Positions 24,276 to 39,800 of a DNA stretch of 64,000 nt are shown here, in pieces; position 1 is the first letter of the stretch; every line of letters begins with the position of its first letter. The notes beneath the pieces are model-generated. The model had not been told where the DNA came from. It searched no databases and worked only from the letters and a program-made list of their open reading frames with translations. The DNA lies in contig NC_087251.1 of assembly GCF_037042905.1 (NCBI RefSeq), positions 1,550,001 to 1,614,000 of the forward strand. Direction: 5' to 3'. This DNA comes from Lytechinus pictus (taxonomy: Eukaryota). Made by a program: the position numbers and the translations under genes.

Positions 24276-25422
24276 TGCTGGCGGACAGTAGTTGAAGTGA
24301 ACGAACCCTTATCATCAAGGCCACGAGGAACTCTTCGATTCAACTGACATACATCTGAAACAAATCAGAAGAAAAGTCTAAAGAGTTATTCTTTTCATCT
24401 GAGTGTTCCTACGGCAAAATGCAAAATGATATCATGATTTACACCTGAGTATAAGAAAAAACAGAATCTTGACTATCTAATGTATCATTCCTGAGGGTAC
24501 GTAAATCGTCATAAGTAATGAATATTGAATCATGTAGGGCCTAATTGTACATAGGCTACATCAATATAAAGCTCACTTGAAAGTAAAAGAACATTATGTT
24601 AAATAATGTAATGTCGAGAAAGAATTAGCATGTTGGGGGAATATGCAATATCTTCTTTTAATGTTCGTATTAGATATAAAACAGGTAAAATATTACATTT
24701 TGAAACAAAATACACTTTGACCAAAAAATGGACTGATAAAACAAACAGTGAAAACAATTTTAGAATCACACCCAAAATATCAAATATGAAAGAATTCGTG
24801 GTCTAATTCGGTTTTTTATGGATCATAGTGTAAATTAAATTTTTTTTAATAATGATAATAATTTTATATACCGCAAATTGTCTCCAAGCGGATGAATGCA
24901 ATATTACAATGCCAAATGAAAGTCATAGAACATGTAAAATATTTAAAACTACGTTTTATGCATAATGAAGAAACACTCATGAGAAAAAAGAAGATATCTA
25001 TCAACATGGTGGTACCCGCATGGCAATGGTGGTGGTGGTGGTGATAGATAATGAAGATGATAATAACAGTAATGTGACTTAAAATAAATTAGCCTTGGCT
25101 AAATCGAATATTCATTTCTGATAAAATTACACGTTTCAGGTTATGACAGTGCTAGCAAAATTTGAAGTTTTGCTCATATTGTGAGAACTTATTGATTGAT
25201 CTTTGTCTCTCTCCAGATATAATCATTCATATTGGTAGCTTTAAAGTCTCATCAGCTATTAAATCATCATCATCATCTTCATCATCATCATCAACACCAT
25301 CATCATTATAGCTGAACTTAACCCCCACCCTAGTATTTATTCCAGGATAGTGCTTCCAATTCATCAATATGACATCTCTCTTAGCGGTTTACATCATACA
25401 TTTTCAGTAATTTATTGATGTA

Positions 25423-25945
25423 CAGTGCGTCCCAGAAAAAAAAAGAAACCGGGATTCCCACATAATTTTTTCTTCAAAGGCAATTAATAATGATATTTCA
25501 TTTACATTACCATATAATTCAACTATTCTTCTACACTTTGATATTTCATGTGACGAACACTTCACGCATTAATGAGCAAGACGAGTTTGAAATTTCAATG
25601 TCAAAATCAGGTTGCGCAGAATAATTAGACAAGATTGGTTCGTGATACGACCACCGTGCTTATTCGACGATTGACTCATGAGTATTTATTTTGTATTCTT
25701 TGTATCACTGATCCCTGAAATGAGAGTGAATTCAGATTAACGCGTGAGTTTCTGCGCAAATCGTTTCTGATAGGCCTCAATATTTATTGTTTGTAATCTG
25801 CCATGCGTGAATGATTTTCTAAGCTATTGGTCTCAAATTGAAGACGAGATTCCATTCTTACCATAAGTATCAAATTCATAGTAATAACACTTTTGTTGTG
25901 AAATCTATCTCTGAAAGCGGGTTTCCTTCTTTGTGGGACGCACTG
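25423..25945. mobile_element. Tc1/mariner-type MITE
   Basis: TIR CAGTGCGTCCCA...TGGGACGCACTG with TA flanks. Confidence 0.85.
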
Positions 25946-27266
25946 TAAATATAAATCTATATCAATATTGTAGCTGTTTAATAATATCGTTTGACTTGTA
26001 ATCAGGCCTTTGGTTTCCTTTGATTCCCTAGAAAGTTAAGATGGGTCATGTTGATCACATAGGGTTGGCATCCTTCTTAACTTGCGTTCACCAGCGCTTC
26101 CATGTAAAATAAGTAACTAGAAACAGTCAAACTACTGATTTACTCTGACCGGCTTTTATCCGAGGAACCTTACCATCCGTCAAGTAGGTTCCACCCTTTA
26201 TAAAGGTAATTTGTTTTAGTATCTGAAATTGAAATGCAAATGAGACAACCTTACTTCTCAAGGGATCACCAACGGTGATAGTTTCTCAAAATAAACCTCA
26301 CGGAAATTACATCTACCAAAATTTTTTTTTTTTACAAGCCATCTTTCTAAGGCTTCTCTACCTCCTCATGATCCGTAGACCGATCGCACGTTAATGCTAT
26401 ATTCAGCCCCTTTACCCTTACAAACAAATTTCCAAGCCACTGTTTGAAGTGTTAGTTGGTGTCATGCCCTAGTTTATTCACCCCTACATGGTCACCTTAG
26501 ATTCGTCTATCCTGACCCAGTGTTTACGTGACAAGATCTTCGTTGATGAAATTTGTTGGAGCAAACCATTAGTAGCACTGAGAATGATCTGTCAGATAGA
26601 CGATGGCTGATAAGATACCTATCGACACGGCTCATAAGATCAATGCAAATGAGTGTAAATGGACGCCGAGAAGGAGGCACACTGTCAAGGAAAATTCACC
26701 CAGACCAAGTGACATAAAGCTTTTTTATGCGATTGATTGTAGCATTGAGTTGTACACCATTGATAGCATTTATCACTTTAGCGCTTACTAATTGTTTAAC
26801 AAAAGTCAACTGAACAATCGATTGATATGGTATAAGGATCGTGTCATAGAGGAAAAAAAGGTATTTCAAATATATTTTTTTTAAATGGATGTTCTTACGT
26901 GTTTGACAGGCCATTAAAGAGCGGTTACTATCTCAGAACGGTTAGTTTGTAGTTTAATTTTTCAAAATAGTAAAATTGAAAAAAAAAAACGATTTTCCGT
27001 CCTCCTTTAATCGATGGAATCAACCAAGCATTTTCCTCATTCTTTCTATCTTACCGATTTATTATTACCCATGTTCTTTTTTTTTATAATGTTTTAGTGG
27101 CTTCGTAAAGACTACTTCAGAAAGATTATAGTTGAAGTAAAATGTTCAAATAAATCAGTTTAGCTCGCAACATATGTTTTGAAATGTGAATTTTTATCGC
27201 AATACCTTTGAATACCTTAAGAGGAGTTTATTTCTGAAATGCGCATAAAGGCATAAAGGAACTTAC

Positions 27267-27697
27267 CAGCCACCCCAAAACCAACAATAAGTAGTCCAAA
27301 ATGAATATTGAATTTTTTATTGAGCATGAAAATCGTTCTTTAAAATGATATATAATTACAATCCTCACAAGTACTTGATTGAATGCAGAGGAAATTCGCG
27401 AGAGGTTTCAAAAATAAGAATACAAGATTTGAAGTTCAGGGTTCACTCAAGCATGATATATTTGCACTTTGCAATCTCGGTTCAACTTCCAAGCAGCACG
27501 AAGAAATGGTGTCAAAAAAACTCTTGTATCTTTTTTTTTAAAAACAATTTTACAATTTAAAATTTTGACAGCAAGAAGAAGAATAATATTGCTCTTTCAA
27601 TTAATTGCTCTTTCATTTAAGTTAATTCTCTTTTTTATATCTCGGTTATTTACCGAAAAACTTCCCAGGCGACTTATTGTTGGTTTTGGGTTGGCTG
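27267..27697. mobile_element. MITE with 5-bp TSD
   Basis: 26-bp TIR CAGCCA(C/A)CCCAAAACCAACAATAAGT; CTTAC at 27262-27266 and 27698-27702. Confidence 0.8.
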
Positions 27698-30600
27698 CTT
27701 ACTTTGTTTTGAGCTTGAAGCTGTTCGTTGAACATAATGATAAGCCTGTATAATACAGTGCTTTTGGGTCATATTTTGTTCCCAAATGTTAGTTCCTTCA
27801 AAGACAGGTAGCTAGATCGAGATTATACTGTAGTAATAATAATTAAAAAACAGTTAACAGCAATGATGGTAATGATGCTCCTCCCCCTCCCCTTCCTCAT
27901 CATGTCCACCTCTTCACCTTCCTCCTTATACATCAGTTTCGTTTTTTGAAAAAAATATATTCATACATTTAAAAGGTGTAACGTCGTAAACACTGAATAA
28001 AAATACTGAAAATTTCGTTATTATTTACATATGAGGCCTATAATGAAAAGCTATGTCTAAAACAATAATATAAAAAGTAAACCTGTGTGCATTAACCCTG
28101 TGAGCATTAACCTTTTTTTTCTTGCTAATTTTTTCCCTATTAAAATCCCCATCATCGAGGAGTGATTTTTTTGGTCATTTTTTTTCTCGACAAAACCATC
28201 AGCACCTCTATTTAAGAATCGTTCCCAGGGCCCTGAATTTAGCTTTTTAAGAAAAAAAAACCCCCAAAACAATATGTCTCCTAGTAATACAGCAAATTTG
28301 TTCTCTTCTTTGGATAGACACATATAATTAGTTCCACTTTAGCTCCACTTGGAATTTATTTCACTCTGTTTTAGTCCAAAATGAGCTGATAATCTTGTGC
28401 TTATGACACAAATCAAAATGATCATTCAGGCGAAGAAGATGACTAAATCATCATATATAATCGATAAGGCAGAAGTAGCGATGATTTACATATTCCCTCT
28501 AGCATACTCTACAATCACATCGCCCATCCATTAGTACGCTTGAGATCATTGTATGCATACGATATTGGCTCATAATATAGAATGTGTCCACAGACCCTTT
28601 AAATATCCCCAGTCATTTAAATCTATTATTTAGGTATATGTAATCTGGTAAGCAATGTATGCCATCCTGAAGTAAATCCGAACAATGAGAATAAACAACA
28701 ACAATGATGAGAGAAAGATAATTGTTTTTCATCGTTTTTATTCTTATAATCATAATTTTTATTATCATTATCATCTCCCTCATCACTATAGGCCTACCAT
28801 TGTCATTGTAGCTGTGACCATGAAAAAAAACAAAAGAAACAAAATAGATTCAAAGACTGAAAAATGAAAGACATTTTTTTTGTTTACTTTTCATTATAAA
28901 AAACAATGAGAACTCAAAATGACCCTAATCATACACCAAAGACATACTATATCAGCCACGTGGAAAAGCCCTGACAATTTTACTCTAACCAATGTAGAAA
29001 GAGGGATAGAAATACTGCTTTAGAAATTAATATATTTTTTTCACGATTTTCCAAAATATGTATGAAATTAATAGATTTTGTTTTATTATAACTCCACCCA
29101 CACTAAAGAAAATTATTGAGTTTATTTCAATTGAGATTTTAGCGGTACACAAAACGCATAAATTCGATATCAGATAAAACATACCATGGTTTATAAATCA
29201 TTATTCTAGTCTAGGTAATGAATCGTGTCTGTATTCAGAGTCTATACTTGTATGTCCATTTGTATGCAGTCTATTGGCATGGTTTGGCTAACAAGGTATT
29301 GTATGCATACAACATGTCCCCTTTCAGACGTGCTCTCATCACCATCCCTCACCGGAAATTAATATGGAGTCTCAGAGTCCGTCCCTGGGAGAACACCCAT
29401 ACTCTCTCATACAACCACCAAGTGTGTCATAATCATAGGGAGATAGGTCTTCACATAGGGACATCCCCCATCCATTATTGGGTCGCTTAAAAGGGTGGGA
29501 GTGTCAAATCCACCCCTTTAACTTTTAACCCCATTTTATCCAATATAAATTATATTTGTTATTACCTCATATAAATCTAATTCAATATTCTCTTTCTAAA
29601 ATATCATCAAAATCAAACAATAATTACATACAAAATTTCATAGCATTTACTCTTATCATCACTGGTACTCTAATGGGGCCTATTGCCCTACAATTTTTTC
29701 AAAGCGATATTTCGTGTTCAATTTTTGCATTATATTTTAAACGCCGTAATTGTATTGGATTTCTTGTAATACTTGTACGATAATACTTTATCCAAACAAA
29801 ATATGTTCAGTACATAATCTAGAAATTCGACGCAATTTTTTATTGTTTACCGCTAGCTTTGCTCACTCGCAAATTTCTAAATTCCATATCCGAAAACGCA
29901 GTCCTTTTAAACCCTTTTCACTACTGTCTATCATCTTTCATCCCACCATTCCCTCTTTAAAACAATATTTTTTTATCTAGTTAATTTATATCCTACTAGT
30001 GAGTTGTTCTGTTTTGACCTATCGCAAGGATCAGCTGATTCATATTAATATAAGTTATTTCCATAAGATGTTTTTCTTCCCCTTTCCCATTATCCTCCTT
30101 CCAGATTATCTTCTATCCATTTCGATAATCCCAGAGAAATTTTGATTGCTCGGAAAATATTCCCTCACCTTCTTAGGCCCCTAGCCCGCCCTCATCTAAA
30201 ATTACGAGAATAAGGGAAACCGATATTACAATATTGGACACAAATCAAACAGATTGTTCAGTGAGGCATAGCAGTAGTATCGTGGCAATACATCCTCTAC
30301 TGTACCATCAAGCGTTGGGAAACAGGTTGAGGTGACTCTGATCAGTTTTCCTTTACATCTGAAATGAAGATAGAATATTACATAACTAACTGCCCTCTTC
30401 CCCCCTCCATGCCCTCACTCTTCTATTCTTACAAGTGACTATCATATCACTTCAAATACAAACTTTCAATGTATATATTATTTGATGATGATTCGCTAGG
30501 CCTATGCATCTGATGGTCATTTTTGATACCATCATTCAAACAAACGAACCAAAATGGCTTACATAAACATCTGTATCTAAGCATTTTAAAAATATGATAC

Positions 30601-30985
30601 TTTAAGAAAAGTGTTTTTCCATCAGAAAGTGAAGTGGAAATGTGTATATATAACTTTGACTTTACTAAAACGGAATCTTTAAGACAACAACAACAACAAC
30701 AAAAATACATGAAACGCTTGATAAGGATAGTACTCAGTGATTTTGAGCATATACAATGGAGAAATATTAAAAACAGCCTTCATATAATAAGAAATACTAT
30801 AAACCATGCATTGGCTTAGATTTTCACTATTAAAAAAATAGTTCTTATTGATATTTTGATATGAAATTGGTCATTAAAATATCATCACTTATACTGTTTA
30901 AGCACCATTTCAAATAACCAAATAATATTTCTTTCATGATCTTACAGTGTATTAAAGGCTCGTTAGAAATCCTGACCGTTTAAAA

Positions 30986-31257
30986 GAGGCGCATGATGTA
31001 GTGGTTCTAAATACTGTCTCATAATGAGAGGGTCGTGGGTTCGAATCATACTCCAGGCGTTAATTATCTTCAGAAGGAAATTGATTTATATCAGGTAATT
31101 GGGGACCTGGTAGCAATTTATATTAAAATACTGAGCGCCTAACAGCAGTTTTGCTATACATAGTCAGGGTAATTATGTTGCATCTATTGAAGAGTGCTTA
31201 TTACACTTCTGATAAAGATATATCAAGCGCTGTATAAGCAAATATAAATGTTATCAT
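30986..31257 (+). mobile_element. Decayed tRNA-derived SINE with L2-like tail
   Basis: Pol III A-box-like TGATGTAGTGG (30994-31004) and B-box GGTTCGAATC (31038-31047). 3' end AAGCGCTGTATAAG...TTATCATT. Confidence 0.7.
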
Positions 31258-34054
31258 TTTTGTAATCAAATATTGGCTCAAATCATTTCACATTTGAAAT
31301 CCCCATACACTACCATAATAGTGATGATGTAATCAAGACCAATAATGATTTAGTGAAATAAACACACACCTATGTGTTGCAAGGTATCATACGGCGGCGC
31401 GGTATTAGTGAAACATTGAAATTCAAATGCTTTCATCTTAATAATCTTCCCTCTTTTTTTCCCTGACGCATTTGCTAGAGCATTTCTTTTATTTCTTTTA
31501 TTCTTTTTCCAATCAAGTAGATGTATATTTTTCGCCCGCGAAGCATTGTCCGTGATCAGGTTACATCAGTTTCGAGTCGCCAGCTCTCTCGCGGCGCCAC
31601 TATTAGTCTCACTTCCAATGCTTTAAAAAAATACTTTGTTGCTTATCCGTTCCAGATGTAAATATTAATTTCATAACTACTACATTTGAAATAGAGTTTA
31701 CTTCACATAATATAACTCTTATCCAGCGAGGGAAGATATATAAATTACATGCTAGATTTGTTCCAAAGATATTCATTTGTTCTATTTGTTTTCAAAGAAA
31801 AAGTATACCCGATGCCTTTAACAGAAACTATGGTATGCATATAGAAATCGGTAAAAACACGGCCTCTCTACTTACTCCTCTTAAAAATAAATCTTGAAAT
31901 CCTTTCTATCAAGTCTTCACGTAGGCACATCACAATTCTCATTTAATACATGAAAAAAGCAAGGACTTCGAACTCTATTAGAGATTTTGAAATACTCCAT
32001 TATGTAGACTATGGTCACACCTATCGATAGTGGAAATAATGGTGATTTGATTCATTAGCAGAGTAACAAACTGGCGTGAAAATTAGCATACAGTATGAGA
32101 AATGGTATCATAAAAAACAAGCTTGTGCATAATAACAGCACGATTAGAATGGATATTTCATCATATGAAAGTAGTTTGTATCGATGATCATTTAACAAAA
32201 TCACGTTTCCAACTAAGAACCAAAAATGGACATGTATTTTCTAAACTTAAAATGCAGGAATTAGGATTTTTGTAAGCCTCATCCATAATGCTTTAGTGGT
32301 AAAACTTAAATGCATTTTTAATTCTCGAATAGTACGATCGCCATTCTCATTCTTTTTTTATAAACCCATATCGTTTAATTTCATATTCATCTAAAATCAT
32401 GGTAATGATTCAAATATTTTATGTCTGTAAGCACAACTAATCAACACGAACATCTACATAATCCATTAGTAAAATATAATATTGCTGATATGTGTGATTT
32501 GCGAAGTATACTCTAGAACGAGGTTGATAATGTCGTCTGAGATACTCCTACATGTTGCTATGGTAGCAGTGTTTCCTATTGTATCTATATACAACAGCCT
32601 ATAGATTCCGATAACTCTCTTTCAGTTGCGGGAAAGACTGGGTCTATTCACATTACACAAAAAGTAGATCGATATATATTTGTATTTCATTCGTTTTCTT
32701 TTTCTTTGAGTACTGATACATTGGGGATTTTATTCATGATAAGAACAATTTTGATACAAATTCAAATTTGAATTTGTTTTTTATAATCTCTAACAGATAC
32801 AAAATTATTACATATAATTCCATTCGAGAGAATAACTGAAAATCAACAGATAAAGAAAGGGTAGAAAAATAATTATCAGTTTGTCTTGTATGCATATTAC
32901 ATAATTTGTATGTAAATTTTCATGATATGCCTTGTTTGGGTAAGATAATTAGGTTTCATTCCATTTTGTTTCTAAATAAGACAGGTAGTCCATATCCTTC
33001 TTACATCGCGGCGGGGTAATTCCGGAGGGGGGGGGGGCGGCATTAAAACAAAACCAAGGGTTTTGCAATACAAAATGACACTGTCAAAACTGGTATTTTA
33101 GGGGAAATCCCCAAGAAGCTAAATGACAAATACAAATGAAATGATGAGTAAACATTCAAATTCCAAATCGCTTCATTTAAATTCAATCTCTGCTATAAAA
33201 ACATGTAAGATATGCATACTAAACGATTGTTCTCTATATAACCAAGATAATATCAACTTTCTGTTTGAGTGGGCCTTACCTTTAACAGATTAGGGTAAGT
33301 TATTATATAATCATGGACCGTCATAACATTACTTTGTCACCTGTTAGCATAGCAGAGGGATATTTATTGAATAGAAAATAACGTTCCAATAATTAGCGGG
33401 TAAATAATTACAACAGTAAATAAATATATTTTATCTTTTTTCACATTTCATTGATTAGCAAAATATCTTGAAATGAGATTTACTGGCAGATAGGTTAACG
33501 TGCTGGGTAAGAATTATTATATAATCATGTATGATATTTGTGTAGTTTAAGTAATGTTTTAGTTAAATGTTGAAATAAAAGGGATAATGGGGATTGCGAT
33601 TACCGTGATAATGAGAAAAATTACATGACAGGAAATATCCAAAGTAAAAATAGGCCTACTTGTAAAACGGTGATCAGGAAAATCGGCATTTTACGTTGTT
33701 ATGAACTTTTTTTACCGTAATTTTTAATACAATATTGGCGATTGCGATGATGGTATGGCATTGAAATATGATTCAAAGTAGAGAATCTGGTAATTCTGTA
33801 TAAAAATGACAACATTAATAAAACTTAATTCAAATCTAATTACACAGTTTTTAATGAGTCCAGTCGGTATTGTTAATAATTAATTAATCTGAAGATAATT
33901 GTAGTTAAATAAAATAATTTGAAGCATGCATCACAAAGTTTATTTTTGTAAGACATTGATGTTGGCCCAAAGGGGGCTAGATTTTACGCAAATATATCAT
34001 GCATTAATAAGTAGAAGCTTGGATAACATGAGAATGAGCTATCGTAGTGATCTG

Positions 34055-34210
34055 GGGAGCGTTTTATTGAAGGACTTTTGGACGTTTTATCCCACAAGTC
34101 ATGTCTTTATCCGACAGTTACCATAGTAACAGTGCTTCTCAACCGATAAAAACAAGGAAAGTTGTCAGATCTGGCAACTTGTCGGACAAAAATGTTGATG
34201 AAACGCTCCA
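34055..34210. mobile_element. Harbinger-like MITE
   Basis: GGGAGCGTTTTAT...ATGAAACGCTCCA; CTG/CAG flanks. Confidence 0.6.
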
Positions 34211-36664
34211 CAGGACAGAGGCGGCACAAGGGTATGTTAAATCGTGGAGGCAGGGCAGATGACACACATTATCTCAATTCAATTATAGGGGTAATGTATA
34301 ACACAGACCAGACCTATATCTTTTTTATATATTCTTCCATTTCTCCCTCTTTTAGGAGTCTTTTTACTATTCTTCCCCCTATTTTGCTACTTTAAAAATA
34401 ATAGGAAAGGTCGCCCCTTTCTCATTGTAGATCCGCCCCAAGTGTAGATTTTTAAGCATTGTTCTGAACACTAATCACATTAGTCTGTTGAGTTACCTTG
34501 GATGTAGTCATAATAGCTTCACGTGATTAATATATCCACTGAGGTTGACTAATAGACTAAATTTAGCTCCTCACTTTACGACGAGAGAGAATCGACTACC
34601 AATTAACCTATAGCCAATCTGATCGTCGCCATACGCATGGTATTGTATTACACATTAAACCCAAATCAGATGTCTAAATCAGTTTTCTGGCTTTGCCACT
34701 GGTGCTTTTAAAACAAATTCAAGAAACATATTTCTAAAAAGAAAAAAAAATCACATAAAATATCAGGGTACAAAATGATTGCATAAAAAAGTATTAAAAA
34801 AATAACCAACACGATCAATAGAAAGGTAGGAGATAACTAGAAGATTTTGAGACATTCTATTTCAAATGCGTATTATGTAAATAAAATGCTATTTTAAGAA
34901 AATATATGTACTTTGCACATTTTCCTTCGTTGGTTATATCGAGTGATAATGGAAAGAATCGTTAATATACTAGTAAATCTCAATACCATACGTCTAGACT
35001 TGTCAGATAAAGTGTAGTATAACAGGGCTGACTTCAAACACACAAAAATAAAATCTAAGAAATAAATTTAATGATGAAATGTAATAAGCATTACAGTTTG
35101 GATGCCAAATAATTTGCTCTGATTTATATTTCATTTCTAAAAATAGAATAATGATCATAGTGGGGAACTGGCCATAGATGCCTTGCATCAGTTTCATTGA
35201 ATATGAAATCTAAAAAGCCAATCTTCATTGGTATTTTCTGAGAAACGAATGAATCATGAATACAAAATGAACGCTGAAGACATCTAAAAGCCGGAAGGCG
35301 ATATACCGGTGGAAACTGGAATCAGAATAATTGATCTACATCTGATGGTGAAATATTCTTTATATCACATGCTGAAACGATCTTTTGCCAATACACATTG
35401 CACTTCCGAATAACCGTCAATCAAAGACAGTAAATCCATAAGCTATTCTTTACCGATCAATGGTCATATAACGAAGTTAAGAATCATCTTACTTTTTACT
35501 CTTCTTAAATCAGAAATATTTTTGTCTATCTTCGATCTGAAGGACACTAAAAAGCTAAAAAGAACTAAAAAGAGCATAATATGCGCACCCTTCACTAAGG
35601 TTTATTACATACATCCACATAGAATCACTATTACACATTTAATCGCTCTGCTAAGATGGTTATTATGTGCTTGTTGAGGGGTAGGTGATTGTATCACGCA
35701 CGTCCCTGGCTAAACCTATTAATTTTTGATTAGGTAATTCCCCCATGAGAAATGATACAGACAAGTTCTACTACTGTTTGACAAAATATCTCGTGGCCTA
35801 GTTCACAGGAGCTCCACTCATACCGCGCGATCTGAGTCAATATGTGGTCTGTGACAGTTTTTTTCCTTTTGATTTTATAATTTCTTAAATCTGAATGTTT
35901 GATCAGGTGATATCGATTGATAGTGCATGGTCCATCTCATTGAAAATTACGATTATGATTATGTCCAATGTTGAATTCTGATGCAATAATTCTTTGCACT
36001 GTATTTTTGATATGAAATAAACGTATCTACTGAGTTCTCAATAATCACTATTGATGATCGAATGGTATTTCGCTACCAGATTCGCAAATCTCTCAACTAA
36101 AAATCGCAAATGTCGAGAAGAAAAGTCGCAGTTTGCAACCAATTCTATCAATTTCAGTGCAACGTCGAATAAAAATATTAAAAAAAAGTAAAACAACGTT
36201 AACCTTTACCGAGCGTACTTCTAACATGTCTAAAGGGCCGTCAAAGAATCTGGATTTGAAAGTACATTCATCGGTAGGTTCGCATTTCAGCTTTTCCGGA
36301 GAGTATGTTTCTTTTCTTAAAATAAGGTGATTACGGACCTGTCTACTGATAAAAAAAACTGGAATATCTGGACTGAGAGTACCGACAGACGAACAAGGTC
36401 CCTAGGTTGGGACACGGTAAGCTCTGTTTCTTGAATCTCGTCATCAACGGTGTCGATTCGACAACTTTGCCACATAGATTAAAATGTTGATCTCAAATCT
36501 CGCGACTTTTTACCGTCAATCTGACGAATTTGGTCATGATGTTTTGTTGATTAAGCTCTTCGTTATTAGTTGGGGCTAAATCCAAGACCAAAGTCGCCGA
36601 TTCCAACTGTTCCAAACCAGTCAATTATTCGGAAAACCTCATCAAACCAGTTGTGACGAACTTA

Positions 36665-36886
36665 AGCCCTGGTCCCAATGGCCGACGGACACAAAACGTA
36701 CACGGATGTAGGGGACAAGCAAAATTTCGGGGTGGTTCGATACGTTTTCATCCTTTCCAGACAATGGACAAAATGGGCGAACAATGAAATAACAGTGGAC
36801 GGGTGCTCGATGGATATAGAGCGTATGAAACACGTATGCAAAGAGTACAAAACGGATACATGTTTTCCAACGGATGGACCAAGCCT
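36665..36886. mobile_element. Harbinger-like MITE
   Basis: AGCCCTGGTCC...GGACCAAGCCT with TTA on both sides; internal ACGGA repeats. Confidence 0.6.
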
Positions 36887-39800
36887 TTAGCGATGACATG
36901 ACCTCGAATATTCTTTACGGTTACTTTGCAGAATTCGTCTATGTAAACCATTGTTTTCACAATAAAACAACTTATATCAATTTTGAAACAATTCATTATT
37001 ATTTTTTTAATTCTTAAATATTTCTTTATATGTAGAATGACAATTCTCCGAAATTACAAAATTCATCCACCTTCATCTTATCTACTAATAATAGCGACGG
37101 AAATCAAATAAATAATGTTGGAGACGGAGTGAGAACTTCTAATAGCATTTTCCAAATATAAGGTCCTAAATAATGTATCTACAGGGATAATTCTTGGGTA
37201 CTCGAAAACATCTTGATTCGAGTGATTTCATACTTTTGTTGGATAAGCTACAAAGCACTGATGAGTTAATCATGTTAAAAGATAAAGTTTGAATAACTTA
37301 TCCTAACATAAACCATCCAGATTTAGACATCTACTGAAGACGAAAGTATATATTTACTCGGACAAGAAATGGTGTTTCATTGATTTATAGTGTCTACAAT
37401 GTTCAGAAGCAATTGAATGCATGCTGAGGTTGTGTGAATATATCACTTTGTATTAGGCTGCAACTGACCTGGGACCAACATACAGGAGATTCCAAATTGA
37501 AGACTAGAAGACAATTACTTGTCGGGTAAGTTGCATAGACCAATGTGACGAAGCACGTATGATTCATACTTGGCAACCGAGCTGCCCGGAATCGGAAAGG
37601 TGGCCATTCATTATGTCAACTTGCTGGTGAGGGAGCTTAGCTTCCTAGTCGGGAAGCTTTCCCCGAGTGTCATGCTAGTTACATGATATATCCTTACTAT
37701 TACGCACAGAGAAAAAACACTAATCAATTTCATATGTCCTTAATCTTATCGCTAAAATTTGCTCGATTACTCAGTGGTATAGGGTGATGAATGTCAGACC
37801 ATACTGAGGTTAGAAAAATCTTCTTATCACTTGTATTTTGGTTTTTAATCGCTGAGCTATTATTTATAATAAGGTATAAGTGATTTTGAAAGTTCGTAAA
37901 GTACTTTGTGGTAAAAAAATATTTTGCAAGAAAATAAACTATTTTAATATCAATTCAAACATCTTAAATTTGTAAAGTCCATTTAAGCATTCAAAGTTCA
38001 TCTATACTTATTAGATTTTTTTTCCTCAATGACATAAGGTTTGCACACATGAACAAGTAAAATGTACTTTTTAGATCACAGGTCATACAGGTACGTTTGA
38101 TAATAAGATTCTTAGAATGTCTCTCCATATCGGTAAGACATTTAGTTGCAAGTATTGAAATTGCGCTAATTGAGATATAAACAAATATATAAATAAATGA
38201 TAATGCAAAAAATATGCAGGTCCCTCAAGATAACGGAAAAATTTCTTTGTTATTGTACCTTGATTGATATTCCCTTGACACTTGACATTAATATGCAAAG
38301 TTATGTAATTTAACTGTATTTATTTTGTCATGGTTATTTACTCCATTTTAATGTTTCATGCATAGAATGTGAATACAAGATGATTTCAGTGTAAGTTTTG
38401 TTCTTGTATGACAATAAATAAATTCCATTTCATTCCATTAAATTCAATTTAGTGCTGCAATTCAACTTTACACATGCATTAAAATGAATGGAACACTAAC
38501 ACGTGAAAATTGTCACTGGGAGAAGTAACAGATATTTTCAGTATGCTACTTTTTTTTCCTTCCCAATTTTCTCCCTTTTCACTTATTTGGCAATTCAATG
38601 TGTATTTCTGGTTGATTATTGTAAACACACCACTGTCTTGATGGGTTTAATCATTAAATATCATTGCATTGATTTATTACCATAGTATTACCCTCCACTA
38701 CATATTAGTTTACTTGTCATGAACTTTTGACACAGAATACATAAATCAGAAATTAAGTCCCGAGTACGGTTTCACGAATTCATCATTAGTGAAACTTCAG
38801 AAACGATCCAGTGAAACATAATATATCTGGCGGTGAACTTGTACTTTATGGCGGTTTTATGAAATGACACCCAGTGTCTCAGTGCCCAATGCCATTGGAT
38901 AAAATTTCAAACGCAGACAAGGAGCTATATCGAGGCTGGTATAGTCACACACCCATCATTAACCCGTGATATTGAGGCATCCACTCGCATCCATAGGGGG
39001 CATGGTTGAGCGCTTTCCCAATAATGGAATCATCACATTGGATGAGTTCTCCATCAGGTCTGGGGTTGATATAACTACCACGCAACCTGAACACGCCTCG
39101 TATATCATTCGTCATTGCGTTATATTCAACGTTGCATTAATGCAACGTGCTCTCTACTTATTGTAAATTTTATTCAAATAGACATATTTCAGAGCTACCA
39201 GTCATTATAATATATTGCTACCTTAATCAACTGCCATAACCAAGTGTGTTCAGTCTCTCCCCTCTATCAGTCTAGATAAACTCTGACTTCAGCAACGATC
39301 ATGATAATCATATTTAAAAGAACACCTAATTCCTTATAATTCCTTTTAACAAGTTATAAAAATTATAGTTACGAACGAATCCGAAACAAAGCATCAATCA
39401 TTAATCTTAAATAATTTGAAAAAAAAATCATGATCCAAATCTCTCACTTGTACGACACTGTCCCTAATCACAATTGTTTGAGATTGATTTGAATAATGAA
39501 TGATTTCAATATTGTAAGCTTATGCCATGAATTCATTTACAACAAAACATTTATAACATATTTAGAACTGATTTTACTTCTGACTTACAATTATAATCAA
39601 TTATGACGAGATGTTTACAGAGATGAACCTACGAAGCTGTTTTGAAGAGGTAGCTGTTCTATATTCTCTTCGTGAACTATAGATTTACGCTTTATACACC
39701 AATGGTTAGTGACGCGAAGACGGCGCCAAAATCTCATCTTATATTGATGTGAAAGCGTGAGAGAGAGCAAGATCTAACGAGCAATGCATTTCTATTAGAT

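Noticed and set aside
30986..31060. tRNA gene
   Set aside because: A and B boxes are present but there is no convincing cloverleaf, and it continues into a SINE-like body and tail.
34117..34130. Palindromic RFX X-box-like GTTACCATAGTAAC
   Set aside because: Lies inside a MITE and far from the usherin start; no evidence of function.
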